Shown here: piece after piece, positions 1 through 12,860 of the stretch
How positions within the stretch are numbered: the first letter of the stretch is position 1
Layout: every line of letters begins with the position of its first letter
Assembly (NCBI GenBank): GCA_964035545.1
Contig: OZ037768.1
Span: forward strand, 15,731,875 to 15,795,874
From: Bugula neritina
Taxonomy: Eukaryota; Animalia; Bryozoa
DNA: 64,000 bases
Direction: 5' to 3'
Program-made: the position numbers and the translations under genes
Notes under the pieces: generated by a model
What the model was told of the DNA's origin: nothing
The model's input: the letters and a program-made list of their open reading frames with translations, nothing else
Databases searched by the model: none

Positions 1-121
1 ATAACCTGCTAAATGTGAACACAGTCTGCAATGCTGTGACCACAAACATCAGTAAGGTGTGCACAGCTGCCACATTGAAATGAGCAGTGAATCACCATGC
101 CAAGAATATCTTTGAACATAC

Positions 122-3100
122 CCCAATAATGGCACTGATGGCTGGTTCTCGCAGGCTAGGCTGATGTCTCATCAGCTCATCCATTGCTGTGCCCAGATTA
201 CCGGCTGTATCACCAAATGCATCAGAACTCTTTCTTTTCTTCATGGCAGGGAGATACTCTGGAGACAGGAGCACCTGAACAGAAACACACATATAACATG
301 TAAAATTAGTGTTCTTGGAATCACAGCAGAACATATCTACTCTTATAGTGATAGAGATGATATCATACAGCCATACAGGTACATACTGCTAATAGTATTT
401 TTCAGGTACTATAATGTAGCAATAGTGTGTATATGTTGTCTGTTTGGTGAACAGTGCTGCCTGTGCATGCTTTACATGTTAAACAAAAGTGTACAAATTA
501 TATTGCATTTCAAATTGACAAGCATTAATCACAGCCTAATAAGGCATTCAATGCTAAAAACTATAAGATATGAAAAATTTTGAACCTGCAGAACTGGCGG
601 CTTAGTATCTTGACAATGAATAAACAGAAAATAATCTACTCCATAATTTCATAACCTATATTTATGAACACCAAACCTTGAAAAGTTTGTCAAATGGCTT
701 GTAGCTAACAAAAGCATCTAGCCCTCTTTGGTTCAAACACAGAGCGCTAAATACATTGGGGAGGGCAGCTAATACTTCCCGCGTAGTAGGAACCTACAAT
801 GAGTTGATACAAAGAGTAAAATAAAAGCACTCAAAAATACAGAAACCTCCTAATCCAGCATCTAAGTGATATAATAAAAAGAATATACTGCAACAAGACA
901 CTAGAACTAATAATTTTTTTTAAAAAGGATCCGAGAAATTATACTTGCTTCAAAAATAGCACCAGAGCAAGCGCTCCTTACACAAATTCTATGAACAGCA
1001 ATTTTAGGAACCAGAATTAAGTAATTATAATCCCAACTGAAAGCAAGGCATGCCTTGTTTTTAATAGAAGAAGTACAAAAATTTCATGAATATTTTGAGA
1101 TACAATTTTAGCAAATGGTAGGGTGCTCATGCCAAAAATGTGAGCCAATAAAAAGGTAGTATAGTGGCGAGCGAATTGGAACTTACATCTTTAACTAGTA
1201 GAGATTCAAGGACAACTTCTGTAAGACCCCTGTCTTGCAGAGAAGAAAGCAAAGATGGCTCTTGAAATACAAATACTGTCACGACATCAAGAGCTACAAC
1301 AATATAGCAATACTGTGTTAGAATTAGTTAGCTGTAGCTCCCTAATTCCTATGCTTATGTAAAATAATGACCATATGTGATAGTGAACTGCAAACCACAA
1401 TATAAAACCTATTCTTAGCCTTGTTGCTACATTAGAACTAACATTTAGTCGTTTAATGCTGGAAAAGAAAATATGATAGTAGAAAGAAGTAACCTGAACT
1501 CAATGACAAAACATTTGTGAGATTACAAGTAGAAGAACTGAGTTACCTAAGAGAAACAGAGAAGCACCATAATATTCAGCATTACTAATAATGTGCTGAA
1601 GAGCTTTGGGCATAGAGCCCTCCATAATATGTCGAATACTATCAGCAAAACTCAACGTTGGCTCTGGAATGACCTTTTTGAAGAAGTTAAGGATTGACTT
1701 GAGAAGTGCTGACCTTTGTGGAAGACATTGCACACCTGCAAGACAGGAGCACAGCACTAGAACACTAAATAATACTCCTATGAAACCCAAAGCTTGTTCT
1801 TAATCATAACCTAATGTTGGCCACCCTCAGCCATGCCACCGACATGGTTTGGAAGCTTTAATGTGGCAAAATTCTTTCCCAGCACCATCCACACATGGGC
1901 TGCTCTCTATAACTACAACTTTTAATGTAAAAAAATATATTGACGAAAAAATGTGAAATGATAAAGAAATTAGAAATTTGCAGGTAAGTGAACTAGACAA
2001 TGATACACCCACATACCTTTTTTAGGCACTGGAATAACTACAACTTTAGCAGCTAAAGACGGCTGTGAGTCCATGGATTCCAGACCATCAGCTGATGGTT
2101 TTGAAGGACCAGCAACAGGACTAGATTCTGGAAATGGCTGAGTCCCAGCCAGGTCCACCTGCTGAGAATGAATGTTTCCTACACTCTCAGATGCTGAGGC
2201 TGTACTGAGTGATGATTCACTCACATCCATAGTAGCGGCGTCTATACTCACTAAAGAGGATAACTTTGACGGCCGGATAATATTTGGCTGTTCTTTTCTA
2301 CATATTGTGACCTCATACTAAAATAACACACTAAATTATCGTCTGATAGAAAATTTAATGCAAACAACCCATTTATAGCAAAAGTTAGTTTTATTGGTAG
2401 CAGTCAGGTACTCTTCATCAGACAGCAATGCGGCGCATTTCTTACAGAGGAGTTACTAAAACTACAAATTATACTAAAATAATTGTTGAAGGTAAAATAA
2501 TGAGTATGAATTTCGAGTGCAGATACATAATTTATATTTCAGGATATGATCATCTTCATGCATTGTTTCACATTTTATTTTTCCAATTTTTTAGTTATAT
2601 TAGCTGCAACACAAACATCATTGTTTTAACCAAATCAATAATAAAAGTATATCAATTAGAATAAAAGTAGGAGTTTTAAACATTTAAAGCTACAACTTGA
2701 TATATATTCAAATTGCTTGCTATTTTAACAGTTGAAAATCACAAACTATACTTTGTTGTTCTGCGCTATGCAACAGAACTGCTATTTGCAAGGCAGATGA
2801 ATAATAATGATGGACATTCAATCTGAACCACCAGCTGACTACCAATAAATACAGGGGAATACATCTTAAAAAGACAAAAACTTACATCTAATCTCTCGAT
2901 AAAGACTTTCAGACCATTGTGTGTGTCAAAAGAGACAGTATCCATGTTTGTTATCAAGTCTATAATCCTCACAGCTCTGGTGACAAACTATAGAAGTAAA
3001 TATCTTTAAGATCACATGCAAGTCATTATGTAATACATGCATATTGACATACATATAGCAATATGTTTTACATGCACATCAATGTGTAAAGCATGTGAAT

Positions 3101-6100
3101 ATACAAATAACACATGCTGGGCTAAACAGTAGAATGAGCTAATTGTATTAAATACACATGTTGTTTTGTTAAATATATGGTACTGCAGCTGAAATTAGGA
3201 TGTTGGTATCACCTTACGTTAGAAGGTAAATTACCAAGACAGGTGAAATGGAGGCAACAGTGATGAAAAGTGGAAAGCAGAAAACTTTAACCACTGCTTA
3301 AACACCCAACCAATTATATGAGCACACATGTTCGATGCTGACTGGGTGACAAATTCTAAACTAGACTTGTGATTCAGGAAGAGCTAGACTCGGTTGTTGC
3401 CAGTGTGCTTCAACATTTAGACTAATTTGAATACATCAACCATAAGTGAATATTTTAGAGAAACTTACAGTTATGTGTTCTTGTTCATCGCTATACCAGG
3501 AGGCCAGCTGTAGAAGAGATGGCATGATGCCACAAGCCAGCAGAGCCTCACCCCCACTCTCATAGCTAGCTAGATGGTAGAGAAAGGAAAAGAGAGCTGT
3601 GGAGAAGGAATGAGGAAAAGCTGGCTTGTCAGGCTCTACCATATGCACTATACATTTCCTGACCAGGCTGGGCAAGAATCCATGGTAGATATTAGCACCA
3701 GTTACATCTATGATAGCATCCAGCCTAGTAAACAAAAATCATGTCTATATGCCATGTTTACGGTTGGTATTGAACATATAATTTAAATTCAACAAACTGG
3801 GCACCACACACACAATATAGGCCCTAGGAGACAGCCCCTTGATTATCAGATACAAGGAATACTTAACCAATAACAATGGAAAGCATGTATCTTCTAACCT
3901 AATCAACTAGAAAAATGTGTCTTTGTAGTATGGACTATATAGCTGTTAAGAAATAGCTGCCAAACAGCACCATGTATCATTTAATGATCACATGATGCTG
4001 TATTGTCACATAAACTGTAGCAATATTGTAGAGATTCAAACTAAACATTACATACTTTGGATTTCTCTCCAAATGAATAATGGCCGTGAGAGTTCTCATG
4101 ACAGCAGCCTTCATATCCTAAAATTAATCTTAACAAATAGATACCAAATCAGTGTACATGACTTATAGATACCAAATCAGTGTACATGACTTACAGATAC
4201 CAAATCAGTGCACATGGTTTATAGATACCAAATCAGTGCACACAGTATATACACAACACAACCAGTATACACAACCAGTATACACAACCAGTATAAACAG
4301 AGTACAACCAGTATATACACAGTCTACACACAGAGTAAATGCTATCAGGAGGCATATTATATTGTAAGTTTGCAATTTCCAAATCTAATAATGAGAATCC
4401 ATGTAAACAAATTAGTTCAAGAATATCAGTCAATTGCAAAAAGAAAGTGATTATTAATAATTTATCTTGGTAACAAATGACTTTGCTGATTACTGAGCTT
4501 TAGATGATCTAAAATATCCATATACACCATTGCTTTCTTTCTCACTATTATATACTCGTAGCATACTAGCTGCAATAGCCAGTTCTCATTTAAAAAAAAG
4601 AACCTGCTATTCTATTTTTAGTCAACAACCAACCATCTTGATTACATCAGTTGTTTTTCATTGATAACTACAACATGCTTCACTATGTTATATTTGACAG
4701 TGGTGAAAAATAACCATATTGAGAGGGTCTATTTTCTTTCGCTAGTTTCAATATCTACATGTAAGTAATGGCTCAAAGTAATCCCAAATAAAATCAGGCG
4801 AATACTATTAACTAGCACACACATGCAGGGCAATAGTATATATATAACAGTACAATCTAGATACTACATAACAGAATATTTCGCCAGAACTTTATACTTA
4901 ACAAAAGAGAGATAAGAGTTTTAATACACTTACTATGAGATGTTCTGAGGGTAGTTCCAGAACGTTGACTAGCTCATTAATAAAACCAGTATATATAATT
5001 TGATGGGCCACATCATTATCTCCAGCATGAGAGTACACTGCAATATTTAGTGGATAAAAACAATAAAATTTCAAGATTATTTGCACGAAAATATCCTCCA
5101 TAAAAGTCATGAATATACAAGTGCATATCAACATGAACACACATATATAATGACAATTCGGTGTATTGATGAAATAGGAAGACAACTCTGAAATACATAT
5201 TTTATTAGCTCAATTGCAAAAATCTAGGTTATATAAAATAAACTGTTACACTGAAAGGATTAAATTTGCAAGTTAAAACAAGAATGATATTACCGAGTAC
5301 AGATATGGCCTGGAGCCGGGCTAAGATGCAGTTAGTTCTTTGCTTGAAATGGGAAAAGGAATGAGCGAGTCTAATGTGTGTGAAGAGAAGCATCTGCTTG
5401 CTCTCTGGTACCTCATAGTCTTTTAAGACCATGGTCATGACTTCAGCAGGTGAATTACACAGCTTGTCAACATTCTCCAGGTGTATTGTACATAAATTAC
5501 TCGGCTGGGTCTGCAATATTAATCACCACAATGTAGTATGTACTGCAAACTACACTTAAAGCTAGAATGGATGTTACAGACTTAGTGACAGAGTAGAAGG
5601 TTTCATGTCAACACTTATAAAAGAGGCAGATAGAAGTACAATACTACTCCATTAAACTCTGTACTTCCTAATAAATATTTAAAATATACTCAAGTTCTTG
5701 ACTTCTACCTGACTTGACTTATTGATGTAGAATTCAAAGTGAACAGTGGTTGCACTGGACGGGTAGGTGTCGGCAGCAAGATCCTGACAGCACTCAGCTA
5801 GACCAAACCCATTCTCTTTGCCTCCCCAGCTCTGTTAATGACATTGACATCTATTAGTTATTAAACATTAATTATAACTACTGCTGTGTTCAGTTGATCA
5901 AGCTGTAGCATTAAATTCTGAAATTGCCATTTGTAACTATTAAATATAAAATACGCAATCAGTAAATGATTCATGTGCTGCCCTTATTGCATTTGGTTTA
6001 ACAAAAACTAACTATGATTTGAGAGGATTTTAAAATAATGTCTCATAGATATATTGTAGGATACACAATAGCAATACGTGAGACCAAGTAATGCAGGTGT

Positions 6101-7800
6101 GTTTATAGTACATTACCTCAGCAAGATAGAGCAGACGAATCACGATCTCACGTTTTTTGGCAGGTGAAAGTCTGCCCATGAAATTAGATCTTTTACTGAA
6201 GACGTAGAGGACGGTTAGAACCTCGTGCACAACATCCATGTCACTGTGAAACGCAGATCCATACATTAGATATTTTGTATAATCAGTCAATAACCATGCA
6301 ATGTACTATGTGATTATCCATCCATTAAACATGTAATGCGGGGCTTGCTTGATCCCCTATAGTTTATCCATATTTTTACTATGGAAGCAAGATGATTAAA
6401 CCCTGCTGAGCTTTGCCTTGCATTAGGCAAGGACATGTATGTAATGGAGGTGTGAATTGGACCAGCATTCACCTTGCAGGAAAAAAAACGAAATTTTCTG
6501 ACCAAGAGAACCAATCTGGTAAAGCGTGTAGAAAGAAAACTGTTTTCACACCTGAGATCAAACACACGACATGCAATAGTATCTCCGCATGTGCTAAACT
6601 GACACATCTAACATCTCACAGTGCATGCTATAACATCTCGGAGTGCATGCTATAACATCACAGAGTGCAAGCTATAACATCTCGGAGTGCATGCTATAAC
6701 ATCACAGAGTGCAAGCTATAACATCTCAGAGTGCATGCTACAACATCTCAGAGTGCATGCTATGATGAACTTGACTGTGGTATTTCAGGAGTACATACTA
6801 CATAGATGAGCAAATCACATGGTTATTGGTTTGTAGCATACCTTGAGGAGAGAAGGGAAATAAGATAGTCCATAGACTCATATGAGTGTCTCTGGAAACT
6901 ATACTCTATCAACATAGAGGTGAACTTCATCACTTGCAACATCAGCAGTTTCAACTACAATTACACACGCAGAGGTAGCAAATAATGGTTAAACATGCTG
7001 TTACTCATAACCAAAGAAAAATTTATCAAGTCAAAATATCTGTGTCTTTGAAGACAACCGAACACTTGTCATGTGAAACTTTGGCATTGTTTTATCTTTG
7101 CACTGCTTCATGCCTCCACAAGAAAAAAGTTGTATGACAAACTGCTAGATGACACACACCTTTGATACTAGGAAAGTACAAAAAATACGAAGAATTGTAC
7201 TGAAAATTGCCAGCCATAACAATGACAAAAATACTTACTTTAGCATTTTCTGGCTGATCACAAGCTAACATCCACTTGTTACCATCCACAATAGCACAAC
7301 ACCTCTCCATAATGCTATCAAACTTGTCCAAAACATCAACCCAGTGAAATAGCTCAGACTACAAAAAGGGAAACAGTGTAAGAATTGGTATATTTGTATT
7401 GTATTGGTATCACAGTAGTAGTATATTGGTATCATAGTAGTAGTATATTGGTATCATAGTAGTAGTATATTGGTATCACAGTAGTATTATATTGGCATTA
7501 GCTAACTATAAGTTACAGCACCACATTACCTTGCCAAACTCCCATGACTTGACCTTCTTAAGTATTTCATACATAGAATGGTCATCTTTAGCAGCCACTA
7601 AACTGTCTCTGAGTGGACGGCATGCCTCGGGCTTTAAATGAGAGTGATGACAAAAATAATTAGCATACAACTGCATTGCTTTTAAGCAGCAACTCACATA
7701 TACTAGTATATATTAGTATAGAGCAATACAGATATCACATGAATAACCAACTTACCAGCTCCGAGTTAGACTTTTTCAATTTAGATCTTTCAATTTTCAT
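122..7800 (-). CDS. HUWE1: HUWE1 HECT E3 ubiquitin ligase, 5' portion (N-terminal armadillo-like region); gene continues beyond the left edge
   Basis: 16 GT-AG exons in consistent phase: 7800-7756 ([15 protein letters not shown]), 7631-7530, 7358-7239 ([13 protein letters not shown]), 6954-6842, 6243-6117, 5831-5709 ([15 protein letters not shown]), 5510-5294 (ARLQAISVL), 5037-4934, 4117-4056, 3724-3469 ([12 protein letters not shown]...[12 protein letters not shown]), 2987-2886, 2317-2017, 1735-1547 (IISNAEYYG), 1293-1187 ([12 protein letters not shown]), 793-677, 274-122 ([10 protein letters not shown]). These motifs match the HUWE1/Tom1 N-terminus as I recall it. Confidence 0.95.
4138..4330. 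repeat. 28-bp minisatellite (~3.7 copies) followed by ACAACCAGTATAC-type short repeats
   Basis: AGATACCAAATCAGTGTACATGACTTAT unit repeated from ~4138; short repeats ~4255-4330; intronic in HUWE1. Confidence 0.85.
6609..6762. repeat. 22-bp minisatellite, ~7 copies
   Basis: TAACATCTCGGAGTGCATGCTA unit with minor variants. Confidence 0.9.
7403..7495. repeat. 22-bp minisatellite, ~4 copies
   Basis: ATTGGTATCATAGTAGTAGTAT unit. Confidence 0.85.
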
Positions 7801-8645
7801 GATGCACTTTTGCTTCACATTATATGATATATCTGCAAGACACAAGTTTACTCGTATTAAAAGGCTCTAACAAGCAAGCACTTTTTGATATGCTTTCCAG
7901 CGTAGTTTTAATTGGTAAAAGGCTATTAAAAAATGAAGCTTAAAATGTGAGTAGCTAAGACAGATAACATTACATTATTGTGAGCATGCGTAAACTGCAA
8001 TGTTTCAATGAAAGAAGGAATATTAGTTGAAATGCAGTGTGGAAACACACCATTCCAAACTGTAGTAGGCTGCGGATAGACAATAATAAGAAAAAGTTCT
8101 ACCGCGCAAGTAAATGCAAAAAACAAAGGCGTAATAGTCTATAATTATAATTATTGTAGCTAATTTTATTATAGAAAAGAATTTGAAAGCAGATATTTGA
8201 AAAAATCTAAAGGTCTATCCGCACCATTCACTGCTTTCAGCCCAATTCATTCTTTTAAAAAGATGCATAATTGAGATATATATTTAATTAAAAACAATTT
8301 ATTAAAGTTTACCACTATGCTACCATTAATATTTGTCTTTGGTAGAAAGAAGACAACTCTTAAACTCTTACACTAACAAATCTATTGAATTTTTAGAATG
8401 CATAGTTTCATCAGTTTGCTTCAGCAAATATATAAGATTCGAAACGGAAGTCAAATAATCAATTATAAACCAATTTTATTTTATTGGCAATAATCTTGGC
8501 TATAAATCATTAACTTTTGTGTAATAATTTGTCATTAAAACTAAATGACTAAATTAAAGTATTGTGCTACTAATCTCAAATTAGACTAATGATATCTAGA
8601 GTTGATAATTTAGGCAAATGAATTCTGTTTGATCACAAAGAGTAA

Positions 8646-8751
8646 GCCTAGGGCCACACTGTACGTATTTTCGCATTCGAAAATTAAAATTAAAATCACG
8701 AGTAGCAAAGGTGTCCACTGTATGCACTGTACGCACAGTGTGGCCCTAGGC
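8646..8751. mobile_element. 106-bp PIF/Harbinger-like MITE
   Basis: Terminal inverted repeats GCCTAGGGCCACACTGT... / ...ACAGTGTGGCCCTAGGC; TAA on both sides (8643-45, 8752-54). Confidence 0.75.
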
Positions 8752-11700
8752 TAAAAGAGCTTTAACTTTACAAGCAATAACATAACTAATAATATTTGAG
8801 TAACTATAGTAGCATGAAAATACAAAAAAAAAACCATAATTAAAGTTTTCACGTGAAACTATAACCATCACTTGGTAAGTAATTCAGAAGTTCTTACATT
8901 TAGTTCCAAGATCACTATAAATAAAGCAGTCTTTAAATGATTTAAACATTGATCTATTTGATACTAATATCATGACCAGTATTATGATTATTTGCAATCT
9001 TATGTAAGCAGATTCATGAACAGGCAGAAATATAATGAGACTTAACAACACTAGCACCTATGAAATCTACTTTTTCATTATCAAGCCTAATAATACTAAG
9101 TATGACAACCTAATTATGCCAAGCAAACTTCACTGTTAGTGTTATAAAATACTAAATCATTGACAGCAACAATTTATGGACTAAGTACTAATGCATTAAC
9201 ATTCTGCTCAAACCTCGACAAATTCATATGGATATCACGCAAGGCCCTTCCACCACCTAGTCAAAGTCACTATGATAGCAGTCTAGTGTATGCATAACTT
9301 ATAAGTTTAAACTATAAATCATAATGGCAAGGAAATTTTACAACAGCTTTCTGTTTCATAATATGAGAGATCTGGAAATACCTCAGTCAGCTCACAACAC
9401 ACTGATATAAATTGGTTATAGTCTGCACTGTATACTATAAAATTAGCGCAGAAATATAATTATATAAATATGAATCATATACATTAGTTAGTTTTACTGA
9501 TATTTTTGGCATCACAAATCAAAAAATAACATGAAAGCTAAGCCTAAAACTTTTAACTTTTTCAACTAACTTTTATGTTGTTTTCTCTAAATTTAGAGTA
9601 ACACTAAAAATATAAGACCATCAAGAAGTTAAAGTTTGCTAGATGTAAAAGTATAAGTACAACTGTAAATATGATAATAGTAATAACTATAACTAAATAA
9701 ATTTATTAGCCCCAATGGTTATTAGATAGATGTGGTGAGATTTTCATATAATTAATATTATAATTATATCATGCTCATAGCCAAAGCCACAGCCACATTC
9801 ACATTGATATTGGATACTGACAGTTATTCTTAATCACAGCACTCAGGACTTGCTAACCTTACTGTTACTGTTAGATTAACTTTAAGATTTATTGTCATTA
9901 TCAATGATACTGAATCTTAATCTAAGCGTATTATTGTACAATTATTTATTGTATTTATCGATAGTTACCTTATTAATGCTAATACTATTAGTATAAGACT
10001 ATCACTATGACTTATGATTAAGCCTAACTATATGAAAAACTATAAGTATTGCCATCAAACTCGGTACTGTTATAATTAGTATAAATACTATTACTACTAG
10101 TATCATCACTATCATATAATCATTATGACTATGTTAGTATCAATATGTATATTTAAATTATATTTAACTTAAGAACATCACTAGCACTAGCATATGATGA
10201 AAGCACAAGATATTGCCAAAATATGTTAATAACCACTAGTCATTAGGTCTGCTGCTAGCGATGAGTTAACATTTGTATATGCAAACTCACTAATAATAAG
10301 TAGTACTATATCATAATTAGAAACATATTTTACCAATCTCTTGTGATCTAATCATATACTATCACGAGTGATGTTTTTAAATTTAATATAAATTAAATAT
10401 ACACATTACATACTGAGACTAGCATAGTGATAATCACGAGATAATTTCCTACCAAGAATCGGCACAGAAGGGGCCTTTTAAAAATAAACACAATATCCGG
10501 TAATCCACATATAAACCAATTCAAATGAGCCACCTCAATAACCTAAACCCTTGTGCTATCAACTTTAAAGTTGCATAATATGTAATATTTGGGCTTGTTT
10601 GAGTTTAGTGCAAAACTCTTGGCAATAGTTTTGTTATTTATTACTTAGTTACAAGAGCTTTTGGCCATGATTACATTATTTAATAAAAAATTTTTCAGTA
10701 TTTTCTATTAAAAAAGCATTTTAAAGTGACAGGGGACTGAAATTCCAGTTAGAGTCAGTCATTTTATATAGGCCTTTCATATCAATTACTATAAACTGAA
10801 AAACCAAAATGAAAACATAAAACAAAGAAAAATATTGCCAGTTGAACATTTTTTGTCAATTGTGTTGTGCTTATGATAAAACTGACAAAAATAAACTGGT
10901 GGTTCTTAATTTAATAAAAGTTTATTGGATTTGAAATGTACTTGAAAATTTACTGCTAATTTTTGAATAATTTAGAAAAAAACATGGGAAACCAAGCAAA
11001 ATTAAAAATAACCTTGATGTATTTATTGATATTTTACTAGTTTTGAGCAACAACCCAAGTTTATTTGCAGCTAAATTGTAAAAAATAGCTAAAATTTGGA
11101 GATTTCTAGTGTGTTCTAAATTAAGTAAAATGACCCACATAAACCGTGTTGTTTTAGGTTATAGATGTAAATATTTATTGTCGCAGACTGAAAGAAAAGG
11201 TTATATCATGGGTTATAAGTTGCAAGTACAAGTGTGAGATACAAGTGTGAGATACAAGTGTGGATAAGTGAAAACTGCTGGGTTTTTACAGTAGTAAAAA
11301 AGTTAGCTTTTGTGTATTAGCTATAATGAAAGTGAAAAAGCATAATATAGCTGAGATGATATGTGAAAGGCTATCGTTCATTAAGGAAAGCTTATGTAAA
11401 GTCCCAACAAACCGAATGTAATCATACAAAATGTTATGCAGTTAACCACAATTGTTTGTAATTATGATCCTGTAGAGCTAGTTATCACGTGGCTATTAAC
11501 ACATGGACGCCTAGTTTTTTTATAGGTTTCAAACCCAATTCTAGCTGCACATTTTCTTCTGTAACTGCAAAACTCCTGCAGCTATGAAATCACTTAAACC
11601 ATAGTTGCAATCAGAAAGAATGGGCCTATCACTTAAATGAATTTTTAGTAAACGCCGCTGAAAGTTAAAATAGCATTTTACCTATCAAGTGTAAGGGTTA

Positions 11701-12559
11701 AGTGTTTTGCAAAGGTTATATCATTATTATTACTTGATAAATTATATTAATAGTTATAGTAACACTTATCACTATGACTACGGCTATAAGATTACGTATA
11801 ACTTAAAGTTAAACTAGACTATAAGACGAGGTAGGTATTTGAATTCAATTTAGTGAACTAAATTCAAATGCAATTGTTGAATTACATGCCTTATCTTATA
11901 CTAGGCACTAATGACTAGCACTTATAGTTTATTTACTCGAAAGTGAAATTCCTTTTCAAATTCAATATGGTAACTTGAGTTGTTTTCTTAAACGCTTGAT
12001 GTCTAACTTTACGTTAGACTAAAATAATCAACTTTTATTATTATTTAGTCTTATTCTAAACTGAAGCTCAGAGTAAAGTAAAAGACTAAGAGTTAGAGTC
12101 AGAGTGAAACTGAACGACAAAGTGAAGGTAATTCTTAGATAAACTAAAACTAAAAGTACATTATCATTATGATCATGATTATAATTAAGAGGGTAATCAT
12201 TGAGTTTAAAATTAATGATGACTGTTGGCGTTAGGACTGACTTTGAGAGTAAATGAAATTCAAATTGAAATTGTTATTTTAAGACTAAAAGTAAATCGAA
12301 ATCAAAATGTAACAAATTTATTTAGCTTAAGCCTTAAACTTAAAGTTAATTATAATATTTAAATAATACTAAAATAGCAGATTATTCGTAACAAAATTAA
12401 TTAATAACTGGTGCCAAAAATGAACACATAAAACTCAATAGCTAAACGCAGTATCCGTTGATACATTATGCGATTAGCTTTTATCAACAGTAAAACGGAT
12501 TCAATATGAAACTGTCATTACTGATTACTCATTGTAGTCATTGAGTTTACCCACAGGGA

Positions 12560-12860
12560 GAGTGATTTATTTTTAACAAATACCCGGATGATTAGGAAAA
12601 AGACAAAGTTGAAGCGGTGGTCTGCCTTCGCTACTCACGTTGTTCTCGCAAAATAGTTGTACTTTTCAATATCAGACGCCCGTACTAACTCTCTTATTGC
12701 TGTTGACAACATAATTTTGTTACTAAAATATTTTTTCAGGAATTATGGCTACTAGTAATTTCGATCACCAAAACAACATATTAACAAGCCACAAGACAAG
12801 GGCTAGTGGCAAGACAGATCACATAACTGGAAAACCTGCTCTCAATGCGAATTTGTACTA
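12560..12860. promoter_or_regulatory. Candidate divergent promoter / first-exon region shared by HUWE1 (-) and the kinesin (+)
   Basis: Local CpG/GC enrichment in a very AT-rich spacer; minus-strand GTGAGT donor at 12638-12633; the HUWE1 ATG exon has an acceptor at 7833 and so needs an upstream UTR exon. Inference only. Confidence 0.4.

Noticed and set aside
6338-6590. Hairpin-rich HUWE1 intron segment as a snoRNA or miRNA (vertebrate HUWE1 hosts let-7f-2/miR-98)
   Set aside because: No let-7 sequence and no correctly placed C/D or H/ACA boxes seen.
10548-11698. Old piggyBac-like element (CCCTTGTGCT ... AGTGTAAGGG-TTAA)
   Set aside because: Only ~10 nt of imperfect inverted match and the left flank is TAAA rather than TTAA.
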